Below, piece after piece: positions 33,401-33,511 of a DNA stretch of 33,511 nucleotides; the stretch's first letter is position 1; every line of letters starts with the position of its first letter. The notes below the pieces were generated by a model that saw nothing but the letters and a program-made list of their open reading frames with translations, did not search any database and was not told where the DNA came from. The position numbers were made by a program, and so were the translations under genes. The stretch is from positions 1 to 33,511 of the forward strand of contig JAUCBJ010004096.1 in assembly GCA_032718475.1 (NCBI GenBank), given 5' to 3'. The DNA comes from Nemertoderma westbladi. Lineage: Eukaryota; Animalia; Xenacoelomorpha.

Positions 33401-33511
33401 GCAACGTTGGGAGACTGGTCCGTGAATGCGTAGAGTACCATTTGCTTTGATGGCCACTAACCGCGCGCACGATGGACAATGGGTACTGAGGGCGCTGGTG
33501 CGTACCGTTGG
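30480..33511 (-). mobile_element. CRE-clade (RLE-type) non-LTR retrotransposon, 5' end outside the window
   Basis: Single long ORF with zinc finger, RT and restriction-like endonuclease; sharp GC-to-AT transition at about 30480. Confidence 0.9.
30572..33511 (-). CDS. CRE-type polyprotein (at least 979 aa, open to the window edge)
   Basis: N-terminal CPSC..(KANGTLRI)HG....CPGS; SAGGPDGLRPQ, GGIRPIAVG..LRRL, KVDFSNAFNS, GIQQGD, WYLDDG; PARLGGLG; CDRCG...HGLSC, RHAMLND, DGKRVDG, WDATVVD, PVAFETLG. No stops. Confidence 0.95.
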   Translation of the reverse strand, partial: PTVRTSALSTHCPSCARLVAIKANGTLRIHGPVSQRCPGSDHPAGMTTGPQTHLGSQSSGETVEPSDRDILNQLQGWRCRQLRHVPKASRTSLADLLGEILTTVAEDPLNIQAWVRLLMVGHCCIPAPRRGGRKHHRSLATHVNQKIADFRAMTQGGLGLPPPRSVPPRSVSQKIQGDSIRLATAVAEKIEDGDIKGAIRLASSRDTIAPDTPETRLGLQEKHPPRPLDRREPPPPVTQAARPCSPTILRQLIASFPSGSAGGPDGLRPQILKDLVSPTNGEAGERLLASLACFVDSTVAGEIPVPVRPLFFGANLFAFTKRGGGIRPIAVGVTLRRLCGKFVGYIVADLRTQSYGAVQLGIGCKLGAEAAVHATRALVCGENHPGTVLLKVDFSNAFNSIRRDTMLESIHSQYPSIYNYTLAAYGAATFLLHGNDTILSDEGIQQGDTDGPRLFGDTANPIIQGLESRFNVWYLDDGNIADDYRTVLQDLEKVINEGKGYGLSINPKKSEVFFLGTESEESQAQIRSAFDAICPGIQYPPLDQLTMLGSPIGETAITSCLTRKVGDLSTLVSRLPLLEAHHGFFLLRNSFAMPRLTYFLRTAPCFQFPALLRDYDRILRSALQEVANTDIGDQAWAQACLPARLGGLGLSSAVQLAPSAFLASAAACTELSNRLHQSDGSPGPYMESAHATRSASLPRDSAPPPAVSSQRAWMLPVHEENLATLRLVATPLDLARLNSLADPTAGCWIDALPSASLGLKLSNSQFRIAIATRLGCKVVEPHTCDRCGTPVAANGLHGLSCRRSAGRHARHAMLNDIVRRALVSCGVPSILEPPGLCRNDGKRVDGVTLVPWSQGRTLTWDATVVDPLAPSHVHQTLIAGGRTVEGAERGKNATYNEVMERGHIFHPVAFETLGRPGPETSNYLHEIGSRLQIVTHEPRSHRFLLQRIGIAILVGNAASILATAGPSPGGLFEHPDQHR

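Overview
AT-rich eukaryotic (invertebrate-animal-like) DNA made almost entirely of nested transposable elements; no ordinary host gene is recognisable. From left to right: a piggyBac transposase fragment; a 5'-truncated BEL/Pao LTR retrotransposon whose RT is split by a 1.57-kb TTAA-flanked non-autonomous piggyBac-type element; a rearranged block (about 310-bp inverted duplication, 143-bp satellite, hairpins, direct duplication); a tRNA-derived SINE-like head; a decayed CR1/L2-group LINE; an RTE-type LINE fragment; palindromic MITEs; and an intact-looking CRE-clade retrotransposon running off the right edge. The least explained part is 16855-20140. The ORF track splits it into pieces, but it reads as one apparently intronless coding unit of about 1,090 codons behind a TATA-like run. 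It carries a WRN/EXD/mut-7-like DEDDy 3'-5' exonuclease domain and, past a single in-frame TGA, a cluster of three Cys/His zinc-knuckle motifs that the ORF track does not show. All calls come from reading motifs by eye; no database search was run.
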